Positions 21,385-30,816 of a stretch of DNA of 64,000 nucleotides are shown here, in pieces (position 1 is the first letter of the stretch; each line of letters starts with the position of its first letter). This stretch comes from an uncultured virus (IMG/VR IMGVR_UViG_3300045016_000288). Its lineage: Duplodnaviria; Heunggongvirae; Uroviricota; Caudoviricetes. The notes under the pieces are model-generated. The model was not told the origin of the DNA and did not search any database. It worked only from the letters and a program-made list of their open reading frames with translations. Both the position numbers and the translations under genes were made by a program. The stretch lies in IMG/VR virus record IMGVR_UViG_3300045016_000288; one strand, 5' to 3'.

Positions 21385-21579
21385 ATGAAGAATTGGAAGA
21401 CGACTACGGCTGGGCTTGCTGGTTTGCTGATGATCCTGGCAGGTGTGGCCAAGGCGCTGCTGGATAATGACCCGACCACGAACCCGGATTGGGCCGTGGT
21501 GATTGCGGGTGTTCAGGCGGCCGTGGTGGCACTGTTCGCCAAGGACGCGGACGTGACCGGTGGCACGCGCCAGCAGTAG
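21385..21579 (+). CDS. Putative holin (2 TM)
   Basis: MKNWKTTTAGL...AKD pattern; SD GAAAGGAAG. Confidence 0.65.
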   Translation: MKNWKTTTAGLAGLLMILAGVAKALLDNDPTTNPDWAVVIAGVQAAVVALFAKDADVTGGTRQQ

Positions 21580-21583
21580 CCAA

Positions 21584-21886
21584 ATGACAAGCATTCTCGC
21601 CGCCTTGGTGGCTTTGCTCAAGGGTGTCCCGGCTATCCGGGATGTTCTCGCATTGTTCGTCCAGGAATGGCATAACTACGATGAACGCGCCAGAGAGAAG
21701 GAGGCTGCGGCCCGGCGTGACGCCAAGCTCAAGGAGGCAGACCAGGCGCTTTCGCGCCCTCAATACCCTGATCTTGAGCGCGCTTACGGCGGCCCTGCTT
21801 GTGTGTTTGACGGCGGGTTGCCTAAGCCCGCGCCTCCGATTGGAGGGCAGCCGCACCCTGATCAAATCACCGGACCTTCATTCTGA
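21584..21886 (+). CDS. Putative i-spanin-like protein
   Basis: N-terminal hydrophobic anchor plus coiled coil; overlaps a lipoprotein ORF. Confidence 0.4.
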   Translation: MTSILAALVALLKGVPAIRDVLALFVQEWHNYDERAREKEAAARRDAKLKEADQALSRPQYPDLERAYGGPACVFDGGLPKPAPPIGGQPHPDQITGPSF

Positions 21887-21974
21887 GTGCGACCTGTGCC
21901 GTCCCTGGAAGAAGCAGGCCCTTGAGGAAGTTATCCGGTTGGAATACGAACTCGAACGAAGGCAAAGACAATGA
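21681..21974 (+). CDS. Putative lipoprotein (o-spanin-like)
   Basis: Hydrophobic stretch ending in lipobox-like LTAGC; overlaps the previous ORF in another frame; start uncertain. Confidence 0.45.
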   Translation: MNAPERRRLRPGVTPSSRRQTRRFRALNTLILSALTAALLVCLTAGCLSPRLRLEGSRTLIKSPDLHSECDLCRPWKKQALEEVIRLEYELERRQRQ

Positions 21975-22095
21975 CTGCGAAGAAAAAACACGCCACGCCC
22001 AAGGCTAGGACACAGGACATCCTCCGTAATTACGGTTGGAACCGAAACGCCAAGACCGCGGGGGCTGCCAAGCCAACGGCCAAACGGGGCAAAGG

Positions 22096-23652
22096 CTAGC
22101 CGAACGCCACTAAGGCCGGCGCGGCCTTGCCAACTGTCCATCCGACAAACGCCCGCCCCACCTGCACCGCCAGGATGGGGTAGGAAAGGCTATCGAACAC
22201 ATGCACCTCGGGGCCTTTGCGCGGTTTGCTGGCGGTCTCGCCGGTATTGGCGCTGCCCGGCGCGTAATCCAGCAGCCGGAACATCTGTCGTGTCCGCATA
22301 CAGGTTGCCGAGATTAAGAGTTCCTCTTGCTGAAGCAGTTCTGTCACGAGCCGCACGCGCTCGGCCACGCTGCCTTTGCCTTTCGGGGCAGCCCGCATTC
22401 GGATTCGCCCCTTGCTCTCGTTCTGGAACAGCAAGGCGTCCACGCTGCCGTCCCCGCGAATCTGGTTGAAAGCCGAATCATCGGAGATGTGGTCGTAGGT
22501 CATCTCCTTCTTGCAGACCTTGTTCCAGTAGTCCATCCGGCCCATAACCATCGCCGCCACCTGGCGGTAGGGAACCTGCCTGGCTACCAGGGGAATCTCA
22601 TCGAACACCACCCACACGGTTTTGTCGCTCGTGGTGATGCGCTGGAGAAAGTGAATGCTGGTGTGGACGGGGCCGAGATCGTAGCCGACCATGATCACGA
22701 AAGCCGGGTGCGGCAAAATGCCCTGCCCTTTTATGGCATCGCCTTTGACGTGCATTTGCTCCGAGTAACAGTGGGCGAACACGGCTTGCCCGGTGGGGCG
22801 GTCAACCCACTCGCCGCGCACCATGCGCGCCTGTTCGACGGGGTCGCCGCGGGTGGCTTCGATGACGCGGTCATAGTACCCGGCGGGGAGGTTGTTGATG
22901 TTCTCGGAAATGGGGAAGTGATAGAGGGCGTAGGCAGGGTCTTTTTCGCGGGTTTGCTCGTCGAAGGGAATAACGAAGAACCGTTTGTAGAGCCAATGAG
23001 AGGGGCCTTTGGGGTTGGCGCAGTAAACGACGCATTGCACGTCCTCGACGGCCAAGCGGCGGCCTACTTGCTGGACAATGGAGGTGAAGTATTCGTCGGA
23101 GAACGTGGTTTGGGCCTCGTCCACGAGAACAAAACTAAACTCGCGGCCTTTGATCTTGTCGCCCACGTGCCCGGCCACCGGCATACTGATGCAACTAACC
23201 TTTGAGCCGGAACCAAACCGGTTCTCAATCCAGATGAAGGGCTTCTTGGTTTCCCGGTCATGCTCCGGGGTGGTGTAATGCAGGCCAAGGCCGGTCTTCC
23301 ATTCCGGCAGAACCATGTCCACCAGCTTGTCCCAGGCGCCGCCCTCGCGGCTTTGGCCGACTTCCCGCACGATGATGCAGGCAAAAGCATTCTCGTTGAG
23401 GAAGCAATGGCGCACGAGCTTGTGGAGGGCGCCTACGGTTTTGCCGCCCGCCCGCTCGCCGTGGCACAGGATATAGGCGGCGTCGTGGTCATCGTACAGC
23501 ACCCGCTGGGTCGGCGTCAGTCGAGGGCGCCAACCCAGGGCGTAGGCTTGCGCCGCCACCGCATGACGCGGCAGGGGCGCTTGGGCGGACATTGCCCCGA
23601 GGACAAGGTCCGCCTGTTCCTCACGGGTCGCCTTCTTTGTTCTGCGGCCCAT
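22096..23652 (-). CDS. terL: Terminase large subunit
   Basis: Walker A GERAGGKT, Walker B VLVDEAQ, CANPKG, nuclease GYDLG and HVFDSLSY. Confidence 0.92.
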   Translation of the reverse strand: MGRRTKKATREEQADLVLGAMSAQAPLPRHAVAAQAYALGWRPRLTPTQRVLYDDHDAAYILCHGERAGGKTVGALHKLVRHCFLNENAFACIIVREVGQSREGGAWDKLVDMVLPEWKTGLGLHYTTPEHDRETKKPFIWIENRFGSGSKVSCISMPVAGHVGDKIKGREFSFVLVDEAQTTFSDEYFTSIVQQVGRRLAVEDVQCVVYCANPKGPSHWLYKRFFVIPFDEQTREKDPAYALYHFPISENINNLPAGYYDRVIEATRGDPVEQARMVRGEWVDRPTGQAVFAHCYSEQMHVKGDAIKGQGILPHPAFVIMVGYDLGPVHTSIHFLQRITTSDKTVWVVFDEIPLVARQVPYRQVAAMVMGRMDYWNKVCKKEMTYDHISDDSAFNQIRGDGSVDALLFQNESKGRIRMRAAPKGKGSVAERVRLVTELLQQEELLISATCMRTRQMFRLLDYAPGSANTGETASKPRKGPEVHVFDSLSYPILAVQVGRAFVGWTVGKAAPALVAFG

Positions 23653-23845
23653 GATGAACAGTGATGTGGCCGGCTTGCAAGACCTTGGCAGTCAAGGCTT
23701 GCAGGGCCAGGCTGGTTTTGTTGTCCGGGGACACGATGATAACGTGCCCGTTCGGGACCCCAGCCTTGAACCCGATAAGCACATATCCATCGAAGTACTC
23801 GTCCAAGCGTGAAGCGATTGCTTGGCTGAACTGGTCATCGTTCAT
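23621..23845 (-). CDS. Hypothetical protein
   Basis: Compact ORF in the operon upstream of terL. Confidence 0.55.
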   Translation of the reverse strand: MNDDQFSQAIASRLDEYFDGYVLIGFKAGVPNGHVIIVSPDNKTSLALQALTAKVLQAGHITVHHGPQNKEGDP

Positions 23846-23855
23846 GCAGTTTGTC

Positions 23856-24560
23856 TCATTGCTGATGCACCTCTTTTTTAGCCGCTTCGTTTATTACCGT
23901 CACCGACAGGCCGCGGCGAAAACCCAAGTGACGGTCTTGTTCTTCCCTTTGCGCCTGGCGTCCCAACGCCAGGACCAACAATCCCTTTTGTGCGACTTCA
24001 TTGCACCGAATGATCTCGGCGCCGCACTCGCGGAGTTGGCGGGACAAAATGTTCTGTTCTTGCAGGAGCGCCTGCCGCTGCGGTGAGCCGTGCGGGTAAC
24101 GCTCCAGGTTGGCGATCTCCGACTGGACTGACTCCAGCAGGGCTTGCTTCTCTTGTTTCTCCAGGAGCAGGTCTATCGAGTTCTTCACCATGCCGCCGTG
24201 CAGGAGATCAAGCGTGGACCGGAACTGTCGGCGGGCCATCCGCGCCAGGTTAGACAGGAAATTCGCGTGCCTGGCGCTTACTCCGAGCTTGCCGAGTTCG
24301 GTGTGAAACGCCATCTCCTCAGCCTCCAAAGCCGCTGCCAGAGCCGCCTCGGACTTGACCTCCGGCCTGGTCTCGGCTGGCCGATGCAATGCTTGAGCAT
24401 CGGTTGGGGCGCCCCCATCCAGCCAGTGCTTGAGACTGGGGCTTTCCTTGAGGAAAAGCTTCAATCGCCTGATTGTCCACGACAACAGGATTGCGCCATA
24501 GCCAAGATCACCGCTGGCCTTGGTCAAGACGTTGTTGACCTCGATTTCCGTTTCCGTCAT
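23856..24560 (-). CDS. Hypothetical helical protein (terminase small subunit candidate by position)
   Basis: Start reassigned to MTETEIE; assignment is positional only. Confidence 0.4.
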   Translation of the reverse strand: MTETEIEVNNVLTKASGDLGYGAILLSWTIRRLKLFLKESPSLKHWLDGGAPTDAQALHRPAETRPEVKSEAALAAALEAEEMAFHTELGKLGVSARHANFLSNLARMARRQFRSTLDLLHGGMVKNSIDLLLEKQEKQALLESVQSEIANLERYPHGSPQRQALLQEQNILSRQLRECGAEIIRCNEVAQKGLLVLALGRQAQREEQDRHLGFRRGLSVTVINEAAKKEVHQQ

Positions 24561-24569
24561 GGTTCCAGT

Positions 24570-24899
24570 GTGTTCTGCGGTTTCAAGCCCAAACGCTTCC
24601 GCGAATGGCTGGCCGTGCTGGCTGAGGAAGGCCGCCAAGCCCGATGGTCGGCCATCGCCCTGGACATGGCCCGGGTTCTCCTTGCCGGCATCTTCTCATC
24701 GCCCTCAACCCTATCATGGTTCGCCAAAATGCGAAAGTGCTATCGGTGCCCTGTCTTTGACCGGACCATGAAACGCTGCCGTCCCTGGACCGGCTCGCCG
24801 GTTGGCTGCGGCTGTTACATGCCGTTCAAGGCGCTGGTGTCGCGTCATGGCTGGGCGGTGGAGGCGCTGCCCAAGGAGTCCTCAGGGTTTTGTTGGTGA
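24570..24899 (+). CDS. Small Cys-rich protein (CxxC...C...CGCYM)
   Basis: KCYRCPVF...RC...GCGCYMPFKA; GTG start inferred. Confidence 0.55.
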   Translation: MFCGFKPKRFREWLAVLAEEGRQARWSAIALDMARVLLAGIFSSPSTLSWFAKMRKCYRCPVFDRTMKRCRPWTGSPVGCGCYMPFKALVSRHGWAVEALPKESSGFCW

Positions 24900-25260
24900 A
24901 CCTGCCCGGCCTCGCCTTGCGGGCAAACCGGTCCACCTTTGATTCGTCGAGCCGCGACCGAACAATCTTGGCGAAAGAATGATACGGCCGGAACTTCACG
25001 TACACGCCTGCCGGGGTCATTTCCCGCCTCGCATTGAGCCGAGCCCGAAACCGGCCGAACTCAAACAGGCCAAAGCGAGGAACGGCCACGGTTCGCCCCT
25101 GGAGAATCAGTCCGACCATCTCCTCGAACACAGCATTCACCATGATTCTGGCCCAGCGCGGGCGCATGGAGGGGAACCGTTCGCTCACCCGCTTGGCTAT
25201 TTCGGTCAAGCCGGGATGCACCACGCACATGTACCGGTGTTTGATCATGACTCTATCCAT
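24826..25260 (-). CDS. HU/IHF-family DNA-binding protein
   Basis: VNAVFEEMVGLILQGRTVAVPRFGLF...VKFRP signature. Confidence 0.85.
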   Translation of the reverse strand: MDRVMIKHRYMCVVHPGLTEIAKRVSERFPSMRPRWARIMVNAVFEEMVGLILQGRTVAVPRFGLFEFGRFRARLNARREMTPAGVYVKFRPYHSFAKIVRSRLDESKVDRFARKARPGRFTNKTLRTPWAAPPPPSHDATPAP

Positions 25261-25837
25261 TGTGATCCTCCTCTAGTTTTATGGGCGCGCGATAACCGAC
25301 CCGCCGTGGGGTTGGTTGCTTGTCCAGTATCAGCCTTTCGGTAATTCGCCTTTCGATCTGACGCTGTTCAACGACGGAAGCAAGCTTGCCCTCATCATAA
25401 GGACCGTGGGGGATAAGGATTAGTTCGTATTCCCGCAGCGCATCCAGCGAGTAGAGTCCTTCAACAGAAAGGGTCTGCTGAACGCCTGACGTAATATAAG
25501 TGTTCTGCTGAACACCTGGCGCAACATTCAACCATCTCAGCACAATGAAGTCTCCAGGCGCGATATTGGCTGGATGTTCAAACGCCACATGCTCAATATG
25601 GGGAGGGTGCTTCCACGGATCAAACGTCTGCAAATCGTCGCAAAGCCGTTCACGTAACAGCATTAAATTGCGAGATAGCCACACCTGCCACTCTCGCGGG
25701 GCGGTGTTGTCTGCGTGTTGCAACATTGAAAAAATGTATGATGGCGGAGTTTTCCACCCATCATTTGGCAGGAACACAACCCAACGCGGGGAGAATCGCC
25801 TTACTTTGCAAGGTCTGTGATCGAGTTGCCCGTCCAT
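25253..25837 (-). CDS. Hypothetical protein
   Basis: 194-aa ORF with SD AAAGGA. Confidence 0.6.
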   Translation of the reverse strand: MDGQLDHRPCKVRRFSPRWVVFLPNDGWKTPPSYIFSMLQHADNTAPREWQVWLSRNLMLLRERLCDDLQTFDPWKHPPHIEHVAFEHPANIAPGDFIVLRWLNVAPGVQQNTYITSGVQQTLSVEGLYSLDALREYELILIPHGPYDEGKLASVVEQRQIERRITERLILDKQPTPRRVGYRAPIKLEEDHNG

Positions 25838-25849
25838 AACTATTCCTTT

Positions 25850-26824
25850 CTAGTGAATGTATCCCTCGGTGGTTTTGGCGCTCGAATGCCCGGCCAGCGT
25901 GGCGATGTCGCGGGTAGCCATTCCTTGCCGATGATGGTTGGTGCAGAAGGTGTGCCGCAAATCGTGGAACACCCGCCCCGCCAACCCCGCCCGGTTGGAC
26001 AGCCGCACAAAGAACACGGAGAAGTAATTGCGCCGCTTGGGCCTTTCGTACAAGTCGCGTTCTTTGGGGAACACGTATTGCGAGCGGCCCTTGGGCACTC
26101 GTTCCAGGGCGGCTTTGGCCCGGGGCGTGAGTGGCACGCGCACCCGGCGGTTGGATTTGTCCGTCCAGACCGTGAGCACATCCGTCCCGACCGAATCCCA
26201 TTCCAGCCGGCAGATGTCGCCCAGTCGCAACCCGGTGTCCACCGCGATCAGTATTGCCGCTGTCCAGAACACCGAGGTTGACGCCTCAGCCAGCAGGCGC
26301 CCGATTTCGTCGGCGTTGAATGGTTTGCCCTCCCGCAGTTCCTTTTGTGCGTGGGTCAGTGCGTGCATGTCAACATCAACCAAGGCGGCCGGTTCGGCCA
26401 CCAGCCAGCCGTGCCGCCGGCAGAACGTCAGAAAAGCCCGCAGCGAACACAGGATGGCCTTGCGGGTCGTCGCTTTCCACGGTCCAGGGCGGTTCACCAG
26501 GCGATTGACGTGCTCCTCGGTGACTTCGCTGGGCATCAGTTGGCCGATGTCCACGTGAAACAACCAGTATCGCACATAACTAGTTTGCAGTCTGATAGTT
26601 GTGTTGGCGCGTCCCCGGGACAAAAGCCAGGCGTGCCATCGCCGAAAGGCCTCCTGTAGATCAGGAGTCCCCTGGGGTTGGCTCAGCGTCGAGCTTTGTT
26701 CCGATGACGTCATCGTCAGTGCGTTCTGACTCGAAGTCGTCGGCGTGCGGCACGGGGACAGGCTTGGGCTGTCGGGCGTGGTACAGCGAGACGTTGGCGG
26801 CTCGGGTATGCAGTTGTTTTCCAT
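25850..26824 (-). CDS. int: Tyrosine recombinase/integrase (true start may be internal)
   Basis: TGLRLGD, TDKS, FHDLRH, LAGH and C-terminal Tyr (EGYIH); N-terminal SAM-like domain. Confidence 0.93.
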   Translation of the reverse strand: MENNCIPEPPTSRCTTPDSPSLSPCRTPTTSSQNALTMTSSEQSSTLSQPQGTPDLQEAFRRWHAWLLSRGRANTTIRLQTSYVRYWLFHVDIGQLMPSEVTEEHVNRLVNRPGPWKATTRKAILCSLRAFLTFCRRHGWLVAEPAALVDVDMHALTHAQKELREGKPFNADEIGRLLAEASTSVFWTAAILIAVDTGLRLGDICRLEWDSVGTDVLTVWTDKSNRRVRVPLTPRAKAALERVPKGRSQYVFPKERDLYERPKRRNYFSVFFVRLSNRAGLAGRVFHDLRHTFCTNHHRQGMATRDIATLAGHSSAKTTEGYIH

Positions 26825-27125
26825 ATTTGACTAACAGGTGTTTGATTGTTTGACGCTGAATCTGGGCGGCGCGCTTGGTGATTTTGCGCAGCCAGGCGGC
26901 GGTGACTATGTCGCGGGCCAGCAAACGGTCCAGCTTGGCGATTTCGCGGTGCAACCGGTTGATCTCTTCTATCTTTGCCTGGCGCATTACCCGCAAACCC
27001 CGCCGCATTTCCATTGCCTCATCAAGCTTGCGGCGCCATGCCAGCATCGTCGGGTCACTGTCCTGGTGCTGGCGGATTGCCTTTAGCACGTCCCCCTCTC
27101 TCAGGATGAGAGGGATGTTGATCAC
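26661..27125 (-). CDS. Hypothetical coiled-coil protein
   Basis: GTG start overlapping the upstream stop codon. Confidence 0.5.
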   Translation of the reverse strand: MINIPLILREGDVLKAIRQHQDSDPTMLAWRRKLDEAMEMRRGLRVMRQAKIEEINRLHREIAKLDRLLARDIVTAAWLRKITKRAAQIQRQTIKHLLVKYGKQLHTRAANVSLYHARQPKPVPVPHADDFESERTDDDVIGTKLDAEPTPGDS

Positions 27126-27517
27126 TTGCCCGCGTGACGGGTCCTTAAATACGCGAGCCACTTGTTCAGCATCGGTTCCCATTTTAAGTTCCAGTGTTCG
27201 TCCCTGCGGAGGTATGTTGTTTTGGCCAACAGCCCCACGCGAATATACTGCAAGGCGCGGCGGACTTGCCGATGATTGGCAAAATCCGTCCCGCAAGCCT
27301 GGCAGAACCTTCGCATGATTCCAGTAGCCACATGCTCCCAGTCCGTTGCCTGGGACAACGACTGCACCGTGGTCAGCGGTAAACCGCTGGCGATGCTGAT
27401 CTCGTTGTCCGTCAGCAGCCGTGGATGTGTGCCGGAGGTCTTGGCGAGCAACCGGCAGGCAACTGGCGGAAATATCTCCATCAGTTGCCATATTGTATGG
27501 CGTTTTTGTGTTTTCAC
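27122..27517 (-). CDS. HTH-like protein
   Basis: LTDNEISIASGLPLTTVQSLS resembles a helix-turn-helix. Confidence 0.5.
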   Translation of the reverse strand: MKTQKRHTIWQLMEIFPPVACRLLAKTSGTHPRLLTDNEISIASGLPLTTVQSLSQATDWEHVATGIMRRFCQACGTDFANHRQVRRALQYIRVGLLAKTTYLRRDEHWNLKWEPMLNKWLAYLRTRHAGK

Positions 27518-27658
27518 GTTCCTATCCCTATCTCCTTCTGATCCAGCACGATACCATCACCGCGACCACGCTTATCACCAAGCCGATGATAACTCCGATT
27601 ACACTGAACACCAGGCTCAGAAGTTCATTGTCATTCTTGTTCTTTGTCTTCATAGCCG

Positions 27659-28624
27659 CTAGGAATCGGGAGAGCTAGGCCGGTGATGCGGCTTGATTAC
27701 GTGGTCTTGAACCGCTTGGCCAGGAGCCAGGGTTGTGGTGTCCTTCGGTGGCTGCCCAACCTTGGCTTGCCGGGGCGGAACAATCTCTTTGTGGGGCCTT
27801 TTGAGGCTCGACCACTCCTCCAATCCACGCAGGGAACGAGACACCAGTTCAAGGGGTGAGATGCCCTTGAGGCCCCATTGTCGGCGCAACTCGATACTCT
27901 TGGTGCGCACATACTTGGATTCAAGCGTTTCACCCCGAGACAGGTGCCCTAGTTGATGCCGCGCTGCCCTGATTTTCCGCTTAACCTGGCGTGTCGGGTG
28001 GATACCGCCAGGCCCTACTGCAACCCCGGTGATAATCCGCTGCCCGGCTCCAGCCCATTGCACCCGGGTTTTCCGGTCGTTGACCTCGAACCCGTGCTCC
28101 AAAACCAAGCGAGGAATCTCTAGCAACAGCATTTGCACTACGTCCCGACTGTTCGTGCTGAAGGTCAGGTCGTCTGCGTACCGCGTGTACACGAAGTTCA
28201 CGTTGTTGCGGTACACCCGCTGCCTGGCTACGATAGCCTTGTCTAAGGGAGATGCGGCTATGTTGGCTAGGGGCGGCGAGGTAGGCAGCCCTTGGGCCAA
28301 TGCCCCTTCCACGTAACACTCATCCGGGGCGAGTATTGTGGGGCTGAGCATCTGCCTGGTTACGGTGTCAAAGAAATCCCGGAGGTCAAATGTCACTGTC
28401 CATTGAAATCCCACATGCACCAGAGCGTTGGTGACAGCCGAACGATGCGGCATGAACCCGTGCATCACGCCCTCTGAGTCTGCCACCAGAGCGATCTCGT
28501 TGTAGCCGGGCACGTACGTTCGCAGAACTGCCTTAAGCGCCCTGTCAGGAATCGCAATGCGGCGCCGGCCATTGCCGCTGCGCTTGGGGATATACACAAC
28601 TCGATAGTTTCTTGCCATAGTCAT
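27659..28624 (-). CDS. Retron-type reverse transcriptase
   Basis: IPKRSG..RRIAIP, region X NALVH (NAxxH), DLRDFF, QGLPTSP, YTRYADDLTFS, region Y ITG (VTG-like). Confidence 0.93.
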   Translation of the reverse strand: MTMARNYRVVYIPKRSGNGRRRIAIPDRALKAVLRTYVPGYNEIALVADSEGVMHGFMPHRSAVTNALVHVGFQWTVTFDLRDFFDTVTRQMLSPTILAPDECYVEGALAQGLPTSPPLANIAASPLDKAIVARQRVYRNNVNFVYTRYADDLTFSTNSRDVVQMLLLEIPRLVLEHGFEVNDRKTRVQWAGAGQRIITGVAVGPGGIHPTRQVKRKIRAARHQLGHLSRGETLESKYVRTKSIELRRQWGLKGISPLELVSRSLRGLEEWSSLKRPHKEIVPPRQAKVGQPPKDTTTLAPGQAVQDHVIKPHHRPSSPDS

Positions 28625-28649
28625 GTTCCTTTCTATTTAACTCTGTTCC

Positions 28650-28786
28650 CAGCCGGAGCAAGGCCACTTATGCGCGGAGGGACGCGGCGCATCAACGTGT
28701 CCATCGCCGCCAGGCGCGCGGACCCGGCGAAACGCACGGTCGCAACCTGGCTTCCTTTTGCTGGCTTTCTTTCATTGCTCCGGCTG
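28650..28786 (-). ncRNA. Retron msr-msd-like ncRNA 1 (RT-proximal)
   Basis: Perfect 12-bp IR 28650-28661/28775-28786; inner GCCA/UGGC stem; predicted branch G at 28761; conserved hairpin 28723-28739. Confidence 0.8.
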
Positions 28787-28818
28787 TGGTTCCATGATGT
28801 TTGGTGTGTTCGTTAAAG

Positions 28819-29442
28819 CTAACTTGCGCCTGGAGGCCCCACAACGTCCAGCCACTTGTCCAGGTCGAGCAGCGCGGCTCGCACGTTCCCGCCGCTTCCA
28901 ACGGCTATGTGCCGCAGGGTTTGGTCAGGAACATGGCCGTTGAACTGCTTGAGAAACTGGATCAGTGTGTCAGTAGGCGCGGCGTCAAACCGCCATGGCT
29001 GCAACCGGCTCTGGAGCCTGGGCGTGATGCAGCCCACGTCCAGATTGCTGGTCCCGATGAACGCCCACCCGTCTTTCATGCCATCCAAGAACGTCAGCAG
29101 CAAGTCTTGCGCTGCTGGCGGTGTGGTGTCAAGCTCGTCCACAATCTTCACCGTGAACCCGGGGAGGCAACTGGTGTACCAACAGGCCTCCTGCCACAAG
29201 CGCAGCAGTTCGACATTGACACTGCGCCCGTTGATTGACTGTATGCTCCAGGGATCAGCGAGTTTCCTCGCCATCGCCTGGGCCAGGGCGGTCTTGCCGA
29301 CTCCGGGCGGCCCGTAAAACAGGAGTTTCAGGGTGCCTTGCCGGCGGGGGCGCAGATGTCCCGCTTTGGGCAGGAGAATGTCCGCCACCGCCCGAGCCGA
29401 ACCGATGAAGTCGGCAGCCGACTGAGGAAGGTAAGTCATCAT
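28819..29442 (-). CDS. Minimal AAA+ ATPase (clamp-loader/RarA-like)
   Basis: GPPGVGKT, IVDELD, LQSR arginine finger, GNVRAAL sensor 2. Confidence 0.85.
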   Translation of the reverse strand: MMTYLPQSAADFIGSARAVADILLPKAGHLRPRRQGTLKLLFYGPPGVGKTALAQAMARKLADPWSIQSINGRSVNVELLRLWQEACWYTSCLPGFTVKIVDELDTTPPAAQDLLLTFLDGMKDGWAFIGTSNLDVGCITPRLQSRLQPWRFDAAPTDTLIQFLKQFNGHVPDQTLRHIAVGSGGNVRAALLDLDKWLDVVGPPGAS

Positions 29443-29443
29443 G

Positions 29444-29743
29444 TTACGCCTTGGTCTGTGTCTTTTCTGTCATTGCATCGTACCTGGCTGGCCCGACTGG
29501 CGCAGGCGCCGTTCGCCGGCGTCGGTTCAGCTTGGCCATCCTCGCCTGTATATGCTCCCTCGAACACTTCAGCAAGAACTCCACTGATGCTTGCAGCAGC
29601 GCCACAATGGAGAGTTGGGCGATGTCCTGGTCCTCCACAGTTGCGTCCACCCTCAACTCGCCGCTTTCCACCATGCGGCGCAGGATGCTTTTTATGCCCC
29701 GGTGCTCGCCGGAGCCGTCTTCGATCACAATTCTCACCTTCAT
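29444..29743 (-). CDS. Hypothetical protein
   Basis: 99-aa ORF ending next to the ATPase start. Confidence 0.55.
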   Translation of the reverse strand: MKVRIVIEDGSGEHRGIKSILRRMVESGELRVDATVEDQDIAQLSIVALLQASVEFLLKCSREHIQARMAKLNRRRRTAPAPVGPARYDAMTEKTQTKA

Positions 29744-29919
29744 AGCGAACGGAGCGGATCAAGCAGGTTCAGCCGCTTGGCGACCTCCCGCGCTCCCCGC
29801 CGGTACACGGTATAGCACACCAGGTCCTTCCCGCAGTCATCCTGCGACCACACCGCCCACATGCGGCATTTCGCCTTGGCGACTGTGTACTTTGATGTTG
29901 TTATGTTTTTGGTTTTCAT
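29740..29919 (-). CDS. Small hypothetical protein (MKTKNITTSKY...)
   Basis: Read by hand; SD AAGGAG; stop overlaps the next start. Confidence 0.55.
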   Translation of the reverse strand: MKTKNITTSKYTVAKAKCRMWAVWSQDDCGKDLVCYTVYRRGAREVAKRLNLLDPLRSL

Positions 29920-29975
29920 TTGCGTTGCACTCCTTCTGTAGTTAGTTCCCCGCTCTCAATGGCTGTCATGTGTTA

Positions 29976-30137
29976 TAGGGCCAGCAGCCAACCCCACGTC
30001 GCGGGATTCGGGGCGGGAAAACGTCGCTGTTTTCCCGACGGTGAATCCTGCGTGTCGAACCCCTCGAAGCGTCTCTTTTTGCCCGGCGAAACGCACGGTT
30101 GATTCGCTTCCTATAGCTGGGGCGACTGCCGGCCCTA
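29976..30137 (-). ncRNA. Retron msr-msd-like ncRNA 2
   Basis: Terminal stem 29976-29996/30118-30137 with GU pairs; branch G 30117; 17-mer at 30082-30098 identical to copy 1; long msd hairpin with CGGGAAAAC/GTTTTCCCG. Confidence 0.8.
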
Positions 30138-30142
30138 AATTG

Positions 30143-30535
30143 TCAGGCCAAGGCCTCCAGGTCGGCTATCATTACATCCGCCTTGGCAACCCACTGTCCC
30201 CACGTTTTCGCCGCGACGACCTCCATCCAGGGCGAGCCAAGGTCGCCGCACTTCCTGTAAGGTCGGTGTTTCCTCACCCACCTCCTGCTCAATGGACAGC
30301 CCCGACAGGGAATGTAGGTGGGGCTGCCTGCCTTGGAAATGGGCGGATAGGAGAATGTCGACTTCCATCGCCAATGGCACAATGCGCAATTATGTCCCAT
30401 CCAGTCATCGCGGATTGATAGCCGCATAGCTCTCCCGTTCACCGGACTGTTGGGCGGCTGTTGTGCCGCCCAGTCTCGCATCGTCCGCCAGTGTGCGAGT
30501 GATTCGGCGGACGCTTGTTTCTCTTTATTGTTCAT
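30143..30535 (-). CDS. Hypothetical Cys-containing phage protein
   Basis: CALC...CRGCPL...C pattern. Confidence 0.6.
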   Translation of the reverse strand: MNNKEKQASAESLAHWRTMRDWAAQQPPNSPVNGRAMRLSIRDDWMGHNCALCHWRWKSTFSYPPISKAGSPTYIPCRGCPLSRRWVRKHRPYRKCGDLGSPWMEVVAAKTWGQWVAKADVMIADLEALA

Positions 30536-30549
30536 GGTTGTTGTTGTGG

Positions 30550-30816
30550 TTATGTGCCTTCCGCAGGAGTTGCTCCTCGAATAGGTGCGATTCTATTGAT
30601 TAGGGTCGTGTTGCAAGAGTAGCTCTCAGTGCGACACCAGATGGACCACCCGATCTCGGGCGACTGACGCATTAGCCTATCGCCACAGGCAACTGCATCC
30701 TCGTATGTGGTGGTCGAGAGAAGCAAGGTGCTTTCGCCCTTGTCTTCGGCATAGACCAGCCAGGTGATTTTCCCATCATGCCTCCTTGGCTCCTTGTAAT
30801 CCTCGTTCCATTTCAC
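30550..30816 (-). CDS. Hypothetical protein
   Basis: SD AAGGAGG; GTG start. Confidence 0.55.
   Translation of the reverse strand: MKWNEDYKEPRRHDGKITWLVYAEDKGESTLLLSTTTYEDAVACGDRLMRQSPEIGWSIWCRTESYSCNTTLINRIAPIRGATPAEGT

Noticed and set aside
27659..28624. RT as a DGR or group II intron enzyme
   Set aside because: It has retron NAxxH/ITG motifs, no maturase domain, no Avd-like gene, and no TR/VR pair differing at adenines was seen.
30053..30070. GGTTCGA in ncRNA 2 as a sixth tRNA mimic
   Set aside because: No T-stem or acceptor stem can be formed around it.
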